Shown here: positions 30,344-40,107 of the stretch, one piece after another
Layout: the number at the start of each line of letters is the position of its first letter
Position numbering within the stretch: position 1 is the first letter of the stretch
Origin: a virus
Length of the DNA: 64,000 nt
Reading direction: 5' to 3' (one strand)
UHGV virus genome: UHGV-1366919
Notes under the pieces: model-generated
What the model was told of the DNA's origin: nothing
Databases searched by the model: none
What the model saw: only the letters and a program-made list of their open reading frames with translations
Program-made: the position numbers and the translations under genes

Positions 30344-31303
30344 ATGGAGGATATAGATTATACTGATGATATTTTTGACAATCTTTGGATTAAAAAATAT
30401 GCGCCAAAAAGTATTAGTGAAATGGTTCTTTCTGAAGAAAATAGAACCAAGGTAGAGGGATATATTAGAGATAATGATATTCCTTCATTATTATTTTGCG
30501 GTAAACCTGGTCAAGGTAAGACTACTTTAGCCACTCTTCTTTGTAAAGAAATTGATGCAACTACATTAATGATTAATGCCAGTTTTGATAATGGTATTGA
30601 TGTAATTCGCGGACGAATTAATAATTTTGTCCAAACAATGTCACCAACTGGCTCATTAAAGGTTGTTATTCTCGATGAAGCTGATCGTTTGTCTCCTTCT
30701 TCCCAAGATGCCCTTAGGGGAATGATTGAAGATAATGCGGAACATACTCGTTTTATTTTAACCGCAAACGAACAGGCGAGAATTTCTGATGCTTTGCAAT
30801 CTCGTTGTATTTCTTTGAATATTACTCCTCCGAAAGCAGGATTTGCACAATATGTGATGGGAATCCTTAAAAAAGAACGAGTAGTCGTCCCTAAAGAACA
30901 TTTTTCTGGATTAAAAACTGTTTTAGAGCAGTATTATCCAGATCTTCGTAAAACAATTGGTATTATTCAATCTAATATTACCAATAATACTCTTATCATT
31001 GAAAACAAACTTATCAATAATGAATTCATTAAAAGCATTTATGAAAAGTTTGATGAAATGAATCCTATCGATCTTCGTGAAGTATGGATAAAATCTGAAA
31101 ATGAATTTCAAGGAGATTATGTTTATCTTCTTAAAAGCTTCCATGAATTTATCTATAAAAAAGATGATATTAGTCCGAATGAACGAGCTAATATCATCTT
31201 AGAGATTGCGAACGGTCTGCGAGATAGTGTATTTGTAATAGATCAGGAAATTAACTTTTATGCGACCATTCTCAGAATTTTAAAGCAACTTGGAAAGTTT
31301 TAA
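30344..31303 (+). CDS. sliding-clamp loader subunit (RFC small-subunit / T4 gp44-like AAA+ ATPase)
   Basis: Walker A is GKPGQGKTT, Walker B is VVILDEADRL, and the SRC motif is LQSRC. Confidence 0.85.
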   Translation: MEDIDYTDDIFDNLWIKKYAPKSISEMVLSEENRTKVEGYIRDNDIPSLLFCGKPGQGKTTLATLLCKEIDATTLMINASFDNGIDVIRGRINNFVQTMSPTGSLKVVILDEADRLSPSSQDALRGMIEDNAEHTRFILTANEQARISDALQSRCISLNITPPKAGFAQYVMGILKKERVVVPKEHFSGLKTVLEQYYPDLRKTIGIIQSNITNNTLIIENKLINNEFIKSIYEKFDEMNPIDLREVWIKSENEFQGDYVYLLKSFHEFIYKKDDISPNERANIILEIANGLRDSVFVIDQEINFYATILRILKQLGKF

Positions 31304-31923
31304 GCTTTAGCTTTTGTATCTACTTTGCCTCTAAGCTCCATCTTAGATTTGATAGCCTTTTTAGGATCAATCTCAGTTGGAGCTTTTTCATTTCCTAATT
31401 TATTATCTTTGACAGGCATTTTATGAACAGGCTGTTTGGTAGGAACTGCTTTTACATCTTCGCCTTCTTCATCTTCGGTATCTACCACTTCATGAACGTC
31501 AGGTTCATTAGAATAGGTAAATTTACGATTTGCTGGAATAGTATCGGGAAGATTAATACCGTCATTATTAATTCGTTCAATTTCCTTAATCATTGGGCCC
31601 GGGAGAGTAAGAACAGTCAAATAACGGCCTCCCCCTCCGTCTAAGCCAATATCGAAAGACATTGGAATAGCTTCTGGAGATCCTTGTACAAATGGAGTCT
31701 GATTAATGGAAACAATTTTAACAATAGCATCTCCATTTCTTTGTTGATTAATAATATCCTGAAGAATTTCCTTTTCAGTTACAGGAAGATTCTTAAAAAT
31801 TTCACTTTTTTCAATCGAATCTAAGAATCTGATTTGATCGCCAACTAAGAAGCTACCTAAGCGGTAACGAGTCATTAACGATTCAAATAGAACATCTAGT
31901 TTAGAGTCTTTAAGCATAAGCAT
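31300..31923 (-). CDS. hypothetical protein
   Basis: 207-aa ORF with a GGGG stretch and an acidic run. Confidence 0.5.
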   Translation of the reverse strand: MLMLKDSKLDVLFESLMTRYRLGSFLVGDQIRFLDSIEKSEIFKNLPVTEKEILQDIINQQRNGDAIVKIVSINQTPFVQGSPEAIPMSFDIGLDGGGGRYLTVLTLPGPMIKEIERINNDGINLPDTIPANRKFTYSNEPDVHEVVDTEDEEGEDVKAVPTKQPVHKMPVKDNKLGNEKAPTEIDPKKAIKSKMELRGKVDTKAKA

Positions 31924-31950
31924 ATTTAATGTCCATTAAATAAATGAGAC

Positions 31951-32481
31951 GTGGCCAATATTAAGTTATCAAACTTAGCCAAGACTTTTGAAGATAAAAC
32001 GGCAAAAAATCCTTCAGACCTTTCTAACTTTGAAAAGTCTGTTAATACATTATACAAGGATATAAAGTTTGACCTTACTGATATTAATAACTCCGGCATT
32101 TTTACCGATAATTCTATCAATAGCAATCTTTCAGCTAAAGATATTGAAGTATGTATCAATGAAAATGCAATTTATAATTCTTTAAAAAACTGGTTCAGGA
32201 CAAGTGAATGTTCTCGTCTTTTAAATCCTGATTTAAAATTTGATTTACGTTCCTATTTGTTTGAAGGAATTAATGAATATACTGCATACTTTCTCGGCCT
32301 TGAATTAATGCAAAAATTGCCTTATTTTGAGCCGAGAATTAATGTTGAAGACTGCCAAATTCAATTAGACTATCTAAATGATGCTTATATTATTAATATG
32401 ACCTTAACTATTCCATCTTTAAATAACAAAACTATTAACTTAAAAGAAATTTTAAATTCTTCTGGATATACTACTCTTTAG
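31951..32481 (+). CDS. baseplate wedge protein, gp25/GPW-like
   Basis: The N-terminus MANIKLSNL resembles T4 gp25 MANINKLYSDI. The conserved block ...EPRINVEDCQIQLD...INMTLTI resembles gp25 YEPRIDKLAVNV...LIVEIRFSV. The start is GTG. Confidence 0.7.
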   Translation: MANIKLSNLAKTFEDKTAKNPSDLSNFEKSVNTLYKDIKFDLTDINNSGIFTDNSINSNLSAKDIEVCINENAIYNSLKNWFRTSECSRLLNPDLKFDLRSYLFEGINEYTAYFLGLELMQKLPYFEPRINVEDCQIQLDYLNDAYIINMTLTIPSLNNKTINLKEILNSSGYTTL

Positions 32482-32485
32482 TTCC

Positions 32486-34285
32486 ATGGCTATTACTTCT
32501 AATACAACCCCTAGTGACCAAAATTTCGCTTTATTTGAAGGTAGTTCAATTAAACAATTTATAATTGAACAACTCAATAAAGGAGGAATTTTTATTGACC
32601 AGCAATATCTTGGATCTAATTTAAATGCCTTTATTGATATTATTGCAGTTATGCTTCAACAGCTGCAATTCCATTTTAATACCTCTGCCACTGAAAATAC
32701 TTTTGCTACGGCGAGCTTATATGAAAATATGAATAAGCTTGTAAGTTTGTTTAATTATAAGCCTAATGGTAAACAGACTTCTATTCTTCCTATTTCCATT
32801 TTAGCTTCTTTAAGCTCTAATAATAAAATTGGAACTTTTCTTATTCCCCGATATTCATTTATCAATTATAATAAATCTTTTATTTTAAGGAATGATTTAG
32901 TTTTTTCTTCTTTATTAAACGAAGAAACAGAAATTAATGATATTCTTTATCAAGGTTCATTAACAGAATCTGATATTTTCTTAACCTCCGGAGAAGAATT
33001 TCAAGTCATTACCTTAATAGACAATAATATCAAAACTGATAACGGTCGATTTATTACTGATAATTTCTTTGATGTTTATGTTAAGGAGCCTAATGGCAAA
33101 TGGGTTCAATATGAAGAAGTAAAATCTTTATTCGAATCTAAGGGTAATGATAAAGTTTTTGAGCGGAGACTTAATGAAAATTATAATTATGAATTTAAAT
33201 TTGGTAATAATATCAATGGCTATAAACCTGTAGAAAATTCTGAAATTATTATTTTTTATGTAATTTCAGATGGTTCTTCTGCTGAAGTTGGTGACGGGCT
33301 TATTAATAATACTGAATTATTTTTGTATAACTCTACAAAATTTCAGGAAATTATTATGGACACAACAACTGGTATTTTTGATATATTACCAGCCTATATC
33401 ACTCCAAATGATTTAAAGTATATTAAAGTTTCTAATACTGGTTATTCAACTCCGGTTTCTGCAGTTGAATCTGTTGACATTATTAGAAATAATGTCCCTA
33501 AAATCTTTGCTTCTCAGAATCGTTTATTAAACGAACAAGACTATATCACTTATATCAACAAAATGTTTAATAATTTTATTAAAGATTGTTATGTCTTTTC
33601 TAATTCTGAGTATACTGGTTCCTATTTGAAATATTTTTATAATATTGGTTTGGATGCACCAAATGATGATCCTCGTGTTGCCCTTAACCAAGTAACCTTT
33701 CAATCTTCCTGTGGATTTAACAACGTTTACGTGGCTCTCCTCCCTCTTATTAATACTATTATTAATGATAAAATACCGAATTATGTGAATACTAATCTTA
33801 AACAATATATTGTTGAAGGATTAAATTCTTATAAAGATATTGCACATAATATTGCACCGATTGACCCAATTTATAAAGCCGTTTCTTTTGGGATTATCCG
33901 GGCAGATAATAATAGTTTACCAGAACATTTTAAAGATGTCCAATTAGTATTAGTAAGAGACAAATATAGTAACTTTAATAGTGATTATATTACTTCTCAA
34001 GCAACTAGTGTCTTTAATAACTTTTTCAATAATGTTAAGCTGGGAGCAACTATCGATATTTCATTGCTTTCTGCCCAACTTGCCCAAATCCCAGGCGTAA
34101 TTGATATTAAAATGCAGGATGGGACTAATGAAACCGATAAATTAACATTTATTGTCTGGAATCCTCTTTATGAAGAAAATGATTTTACAATAACCCAGCA
34201 AAATATTCTTCTTTCTCCATTTATGTTCCCTTATTTTTATGATTTAAGGAACATTAACTCTAAAATGATTGTCATAAATGAGTAA
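32486..34285 (+). CDS. baseplate wedge protein (gp6 / Baseplate_J-like) candidate
   Basis: 599-aa protein immediately downstream of the gp25-like gene. This position is conserved in myoviruses. No catalytic motif is present. Confidence 0.5.
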   Translation: MAITSNTTPSDQNFALFEGSSIKQFIIEQLNKGGIFIDQQYLGSNLNAFIDIIAVMLQQLQFHFNTSATENTFATASLYENMNKLVSLFNYKPNGKQTSILPISILASLSSNNKIGTFLIPRYSFINYNKSFILRNDLVFSSLLNEETEINDILYQGSLTESDIFLTSGEEFQVITLIDNNIKTDNGRFITDNFFDVYVKEPNGKWVQYEEVKSLFESKGNDKVFERRLNENYNYEFKFGNNINGYKPVENSEIIIFYVISDGSSAEVGDGLINNTELFLYNSTKFQEIIMDTTTGIFDILPAYITPNDLKYIKVSNTGYSTPVSAVESVDIIRNNVPKIFASQNRLLNEQDYITYINKMFNNFIKDCYVFSNSEYTGSYLKYFYNIGLDAPNDDPRVALNQVTFQSSCGFNNVYVALLPLINTIINDKIPNYVNTNLKQYIVEGLNSYKDIAHNIAPIDPIYKAVSFGIIRADNNSLPEHFKDVQLVLVRDKYSNFNSDYITSQATSVFNNFFNNVKLGATIDISLLSAQLAQIPGVIDIKMQDGTNETDKLTFIVWNPLYEENDFTITQQNILLSPFMFPYFYDLRNINSKMIVINE

Positions 34286-36656
34286 TACTTTTAAAGGTAG
34301 GATTACAATTACTAACGATTTAACAAATCAAGAATATAACCCTGTTTCTGATGTAATTTTTACAGTTTCAGGGTCTACAGTTACTTTATCTTTTAATGAT
34401 AATCAAATTGTAGAGACTTCTGACTTAGATGAATCTGGTAATCCTATCTCTTACCAGATTTTTAAAAAATTTGACCGAGAAATTTTATGGGATTTTGGAG
34501 ATGGGACTAAAATTAAAGGATTAACAGCTACCCATACCTATAAAAATCCTGGCTCCTATAGTGTAACTTGTACATGTTTTGATGCTGATGAAAATCCTTA
34601 CAAAAACAGTTATCCCAAAGCTGAGCAAACAATCAAAGTCGTGGATATTCTCCCGACTATTATCTCTTATACTTCTGCATACCTTAAAAAAGTTGAAGCT
34701 GGACTTTTAAAAAATGTATATGCCGGACAACAAATAGAAATTGCTGAAGTTATTGCCACTTTAGACAAAAGTATTACAAATAAAGTACCAATTAAATGTC
34801 ATGCTGTTAAAGCTGGAGCAACCAATATTTTTGATCTTCCGCCTAATAATCCTTATCAGCATTTACTCCCTTATAATACTTTCTTAGATGAAGATAATGA
34901 ACCGACATTATCTATTATCCCAGAATATAAAGATGTCTATGTAGTTTTTGATTATTCAAATGATTCTGGATTGATTCTTAATTTGTATATTATTAATCCA
35001 GAAATGACTGCTTTAACTGAAGTTGAACCTTTAATAGTAGATTCATCCATCAAATATATCTGTAATACTTTAATGGTTCCTTCATTAGATTCTATTTCTA
35101 CTTTAAATTATTACCATATTGGTCAAAGCGGAAAAGCTTCTATTAAATTTCAAGATGATTTACCTTCTTCCCAGGATGAATTAACTTTTGTGCTTGATAC
35201 TGATTATTTTCCTGATGATAATGTCCTTTTAGGAAAAAATACTATCAATCTTGTTTCGATTGGAACCAGTTTGGAAATTAAACAAAATAATCCTGATAAA
35301 CTCAATATATTCATTTCTACAAACGGCTTAACAACTGCGGATAATTCAGATGAGCATCCTATTATAGATATTTCTTTAGAAAATAATACATTTAGTTTTT
35401 GTAGGGCAAAATATCTAGGTATAGATTCACCATTTGTAATACGTTTAATAGCAGATAATTATGGATATTACTTTATTAAAGATATTGCCATTAAAGAAAT
35501 AATTGGTAATTGTGAAAATGCCTCTGTTGAGTTTTATACCGGATTAGAATCTGTATTGGGTACTCCCTATATGTCTATGGGTTCTTGCTTCGGCACTCTA
35601 AGGCCATTGGTGGAAACGGATGAACTTACTTCCACATTTAATTTATCTGTATCATGGGAAGGAACATCTCTTCAAAAATCAGATTTAAGCGTAGATAATT
35701 TAACTTTTATTGATCTCAAAAGCTTTTCTAATAAGGATTCAAAATATTATTTGGATCCTAAGCAGGATTATACTGAATATTCAGCCAAAGAAATCTGGAA
35801 TATCTATAAAACTCATCCTGTTTTTGAAAATCTTCCATTTTTAGACCAATATATGCTTGGTATTTTTGAATCAGATAACTTTTTGGAAAAAGTTATTAAT
35901 AAAGGTAATAATTTTGTCAATGATTTTGGGAATATTAATACCTGTTCTATTATTAGCCTTATTTCTATCTGCGAAAGTCTAAATCTTACTTTAGACTTGT
36001 ATAATAATGAAAATTTCTCTCAGCCTGAAAGTATTAATCAGCTTTTAAAAATTCTTTCCATTAACCATTCCAGATTAATTGGTACCAAGTTTAAAGTTAA
36101 AGATGAATTTGAGACACTTGATAAGCTTCCGGGTAAAAATCGAGGTCCTCAATATGATTTAACTGAAAAAATCTATATTAAAACTGTAAATGGCAAGCGA
36201 ATTTGGCCAATAATTGTTTGTTATGATAGATTTGCTAAGCAATATTTTCTTCTTAATACTGCTCTTTTAGAAAAAGTGAGAAAATCTCCTATTAAAACCG
36301 ATGAACAAGGAGAGTATTTTCAATTAATTGAGTATTTTAAGACCTGGGGATGGAATTTGTTATTAGGAGATTTCGAAAAAGAGCTTTTTAATATCATTTC
36401 TCCCAATAAAAACCTTTATCAAATGCTTAATCTTTTGGCTTCTGAACCAATTGAAGATAAAGCTCGAGAACAATTAAACAAATTTTATTACTTCTATCAG
36501 TATATTGATACTAATGAGACAGATATTCACAGTTCTTATCTGAAACCAGAGACTATTTCTGATAATATTAAAGATTATAATACCTGGTATAAAGCTGATG
36601 GTTCTATTGACCGATTACTTTATAAAACCTTGATTGAGAATCTTGGACTCAATTAG
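34278..36656 (+). CDS. baseplate/tail protein with an N-proximal PKD domain
   Basis: WDFGDGTKIKGLTATHTYKNPGSYSVTCTCFDADENP matches the PKD domain signature WDFGDG....H.Y...G.Y.V.L.V. Confidence 0.6.
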   Translation: MSNTFKGRITITNDLTNQEYNPVSDVIFTVSGSTVTLSFNDNQIVETSDLDESGNPISYQIFKKFDREILWDFGDGTKIKGLTATHTYKNPGSYSVTCTCFDADENPYKNSYPKAEQTIKVVDILPTIISYTSAYLKKVEAGLLKNVYAGQQIEIAEVIATLDKSITNKVPIKCHAVKAGATNIFDLPPNNPYQHLLPYNTFLDEDNEPTLSIIPEYKDVYVVFDYSNDSGLILNLYIINPEMTALTEVEPLIVDSSIKYICNTLMVPSLDSISTLNYYHIGQSGKASIKFQDDLPSSQDELTFVLDTDYFPDDNVLLGKNTINLVSIGTSLEIKQNNPDKLNIFISTNGLTTADNSDEHPIIDISLENNTFSFCRAKYLGIDSPFVIRLIADNYGYYFIKDIAIKEIIGNCENASVEFYTGLESVLGTPYMSMGSCFGTLRPLVETDELTSTFNLSVSWEGTSLQKSDLSVDNLTFIDLKSFSNKDSKYYLDPKQDYTEYSAKEIWNIYKTHPVFENLPFLDQYMLGIFESDNFLEKVINKGNNFVNDFGNINTCSIISLISICESLNLTLDLYNNENFSQPESINQLLKILSINHSRLIGTKFKVKDEFETLDKLPGKNRGPQYDLTEKIYIKTVNGKRIWPIIVCYDRFAKQYFLLNTALLEKVRKSPIKTDEQGEYFQLIEYFKTWGWNLLLGDFEKELFNIISPNKNLYQMLNLLASEPIEDKAREQLNKFYYFYQYIDTNETDIHSSYLKPETISDNIKDYNTWYKADGSIDRLLYKTLIENLGLN

Positions 36657-39501
36657 TCCTTTAAATATCTCCAAGGTAATGATAAACTTTGAAATTAATT
36701 CAATTATTAATTCTAATAGTGTTCCGTCTGAAGTTAAGGACACTATTAAACCTTATACATTTATTGAATTTATTTCAAAAACTTCTTTTGAAAATGATAA
36801 AGAAGTCTTTTTGACTTATTATAAAGAATATCTTACTGAATGGGCCAAAGTTAAAAATGATGACCATCAAATTATTGAGACTAAAGAATTAATTCAGTCT
36901 CAGATTATTGATTTACTTAAAATTATTACTGTTTCTTATGCTACCTTTGAAGAACAGGTCTTTTTATCTAATCTAAATTGGAATTTTAATTCATTAGAAG
37001 ATCCTAATGAGAAATTAAAGGCTAAAAATGCGATTTACTCAGCATTACCTATCTTTGTTTCCAGAATTAAAGATATTGCCGCTTTTTATAGAAATAAACG
37101 TACCGAAGCAACTTTTGTAATTGAGCGAAATAAGATTAAAGGTACTCAACTTTCTGTAGAAAAGATTATTTTTGATAAAATTTTAAGTTTTCTTTTTAAT
37201 GAAAATCCTGAACAAGTAAATTATGTTCAAAATTATTTGAATGTCTCTATCGATAACTTTGTAGACATTTATTCTGATTATTTTGATATTGACCGGGCTT
37301 CATCACTTTCTTGTGACTATAACGATATTGATTCTTCTCTTTATTTTGAGTTAGAAAATATATTAAGAGACATGATCTTTGACGGAAATGTCTATCTTCG
37401 GGAAATTCCGTTAATAGCCCAGCTTAGTCTTGACTTATCTCAGGATTGTGTCGGAGATAAACTTACTTTAAAGAATGAATTGCTGGAAAGCAGTAAAGTT
37501 TCTTTAATATCCGATGATGAAAAAATTAATATTAGAAAGAAACTTTATAAAAAGTACATTGGCGTTGATTTTTATTACTTGATTAAAGATTCTGAAGGTA
37601 ATATTACTACTGATGTATTCATTAAAGCTGATAATCCTTCAAATAATCTTCTAAACCAGCAAACTGTTGATACTCCATTTACTGAATCCAAACAATTAGA
37701 ACTTCTCAAGAATATTGGTTTATTTTTTAAACCAGATAAAACAAGTTTACTTAGAGTTAATACAACTAACTTTGATTATTCTATTGATGAAAGTAAAGTG
37801 GAACCCAACAAGGTTTATATTTTTCCTGATCCAAAAATTTATGGTAATGTAGCATTTAATCGACAAAAGGATTATCCTTATATTATTGAATATTCTTTAA
37901 CTGAATATTCTAAAAACTTTAACTTTGGCTGGGCCGTTAATGATCCATTAGTTGTTAGTGATGCTCAGGCAATGTTTGCCTACTATTCTAAAGAACAAGA
38001 TGTTGACAAGCTCAATAAAAATAATATTGTTTCTTTAAATTTCTATGAACTTTTTGATAAAGGATTTATAAGTTCCTTTAAATCCGACTTATATGGTAAT
38101 AAATTTGCTATTTTTAAAGAAAAAAATGGTAAATTTGCCCGAGATTGGAATTTTACTCCATTTGTTCCTCAGCCCGAAGTAGAAGAAAAGTTTTTATTAG
38201 TCGATGGAGGTGTTTTAGGAGTTGATGATGTGGGAGTTTCTACTGAAGTTTCGGCAGATAAAATTACATGGACTCCTGAAAATCATTATTATTCTTACTT
38301 TATCGAGGGAGGTATAAGCACCCTTCTTCCAGCTTATTTCCGTGCTTATATTCCTAATGGTGCAACAATTGGGAATGGTGATTTGACTCTTGCTATTGAG
38401 GATATTTTAAATGAACCGTTTAGTGCTGTAATAGATGGCAAGTTTATTACAACTGACTATAACGAAATTATCGATAACAATCAGTTTACTTTGCCTAAAA
38501 TTTATTATCAGAATGAAGAATACAAGACAGAACCTCTTCCTGATCATCTAAAACCTGATTATGAAAAAAATAAGGAAAAGACTTATTTTGAAATTCTTGA
38601 AGAAAAAGGTACAATCTTAATTTCTATTACTGGATTAGGACAAATTACTGACATATATTCAGCATTTCCCTGGTGGCAAACTTCTGCCGATAATGAAATT
38701 TATAATTTTTTTATTGAAAATGCTATTGATATTGATGTTATTGAGAATATATTCATCATTAAAGCTAAAAATCCAGCGACAGGAGCGATTCATTTATTAT
38801 TTGAAGGCATTAAATTTAATCCTCTGACTAATAAATTTGAACAGCTCTTTACTAATAAACAAGCTATTTTCTTTAATAATGAAAATTCTTTGATTAAAGC
38901 TTCTTATTTTGATGCCTTTAATTACAAGAGTTTTGAACTTATTAATCCTGCTTTCTTTTCTAGAAATGCAAATATTTGTGATAAAGGTTCCGATATTTTC
39001 TATATTGAGAAACTTCATAAATGTTATTTTGCAGTAATGAATGTCTCCATTAGTGAAAAATATGTCAATGGAACAAAAATTGAATTTCCTGTTTATTATC
39101 CGGACATTTATGAAATTGATTTAATTAATTTTACCGTTAAAAAATATTATTTTCATACTGAAGAGCAAAAAGCTGAATCTTTCCAAATTCCTTCTTCTCT
39201 CTTTAAAAATGGATCAGTAATGATTCAAAAGGCTGGAAATCCATGCTTAACTTATTCATTCGATACAAATACATTTATGCTTTCTTATGTCTTGTATGAT
39301 GTGAATATGTGCCCTTATGTCTATAAACATTTCTTCCAATTAAGTGTATCTGGAGTTGAATTATTTGGAGAAATAGATCCAGATTCTTTAGACTCAACCG
39401 TTTATAGTCCGGCATTTACCGGACAGGAATCTGTCATTACGCCAGGAGATAAAACAACGACTCTTTATCTGAATTTTAATACCAACTTTATTGTATCTTA
39501 A
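36634..39501 (+). CDS. large tail/baseplate structural protein (955 aa)
   Basis: Long ORF in the structural block. Confidence 0.55.
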   Translation: MRILDSISPLNISKVMINFEINSIINSNSVPSEVKDTIKPYTFIEFISKTSFENDKEVFLTYYKEYLTEWAKVKNDDHQIIETKELIQSQIIDLLKIITVSYATFEEQVFLSNLNWNFNSLEDPNEKLKAKNAIYSALPIFVSRIKDIAAFYRNKRTEATFVIERNKIKGTQLSVEKIIFDKILSFLFNENPEQVNYVQNYLNVSIDNFVDIYSDYFDIDRASSLSCDYNDIDSSLYFELENILRDMIFDGNVYLREIPLIAQLSLDLSQDCVGDKLTLKNELLESSKVSLISDDEKINIRKKLYKKYIGVDFYYLIKDSEGNITTDVFIKADNPSNNLLNQQTVDTPFTESKQLELLKNIGLFFKPDKTSLLRVNTTNFDYSIDESKVEPNKVYIFPDPKIYGNVAFNRQKDYPYIIEYSLTEYSKNFNFGWAVNDPLVVSDAQAMFAYYSKEQDVDKLNKNNIVSLNFYELFDKGFISSFKSDLYGNKFAIFKEKNGKFARDWNFTPFVPQPEVEEKFLLVDGGVLGVDDVGVSTEVSADKITWTPENHYYSYFIEGGISTLLPAYFRAYIPNGATIGNGDLTLAIEDILNEPFSAVIDGKFITTDYNEIIDNNQFTLPKIYYQNEEYKTEPLPDHLKPDYEKNKEKTYFEILEEKGTILISITGLGQITDIYSAFPWWQTSADNEIYNFFIENAIDIDVIENIFIIKAKNPATGAIHLLFEGIKFNPLTNKFEQLFTNKQAIFFNNENSLIKASYFDAFNYKSFELINPAFFSRNANICDKGSDIFYIEKLHKCYFAVMNVSISEKYVNGTKIEFPVYYPDIYEIDLINFTVKKYYFHTEEQKAESFQIPSSLFKNGSVMIQKAGNPCLTYSFDTNTFMLSYVLYDVNMCPYVYKHFFQLSVSGVELFGEIDPDSLDSTVYSPAFTGQESVITPGDKTTTLYLNFNTNFIVS

Positions 39502-40091
39502 TGGATCCAAATGCTAAAGAAATTAGACCAGCAATCGAACTAGACAATCTTTTAGTCTGGGATGAGGCATCTTTGCCTGAATATCCTTCCGGAGAAAATA
39601 TTTTAGTAGAAAATAATTCAGAAGTATTTCTTAATTTTTATTATACAAATTTTCATGCAATGCCTCCACTTTTTAGCCAGGGAGGAACAGTTACTAATAA
39701 AATTACTAAAATTATTGTTGATTGGGGCGATGGCCAATCAAATGAATATAATTACCAGATCGACACCTCGAATATTAATTGGCTTAGAGATATTAGTACC
39801 TGGTTAGCTGAGATCGGTCCGCATCGATATAGCTTTCCTACGGGAGAAGAAGGAGAGAAATCAATAATTATTAAATTTTATGATTCTGCCAACTATTTTT
39901 ATGGGCTTAAAATTAATTTAGATATTCTTTCTAAATCATTTTATAATTTAAAGTTTGAATTAGATGTACAGAAAGCAGTCTTTAATTCAGAACAATCTTC
40001 TGTGATTTTTAAAATTAATAAATCACAAGCTCCTGGTGAAATTCCTAATGATTTAGATGCTCAAATTCCCATAGTCTCGATTCTTAATTGA
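39501..40091 (+). CDS. small structural protein with a PKD-like domain
   Basis: VDWGDGQSNEY...HRYSFPTGEEGEKSIIIKFYD fits the PKD-like pattern. Confidence 0.5.
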   Translation: MDPNAKEIRPAIELDNLLVWDEASLPEYPSGENILVENNSEVFLNFYYTNFHAMPPLFSQGGTVTNKITKIIVDWGDGQSNEYNYQIDTSNINWLRDISTWLAEIGPHRYSFPTGEEGEKSIIIKFYDSANYFYGLKINLDILSKSFYNLKFELDVQKAVFNSEQSSVIFKINKSQAPGEIPNDLDAQIPIVSILN

Positions 40092-40107
40092 GCTTTAAAT
40101 ATCCTCA

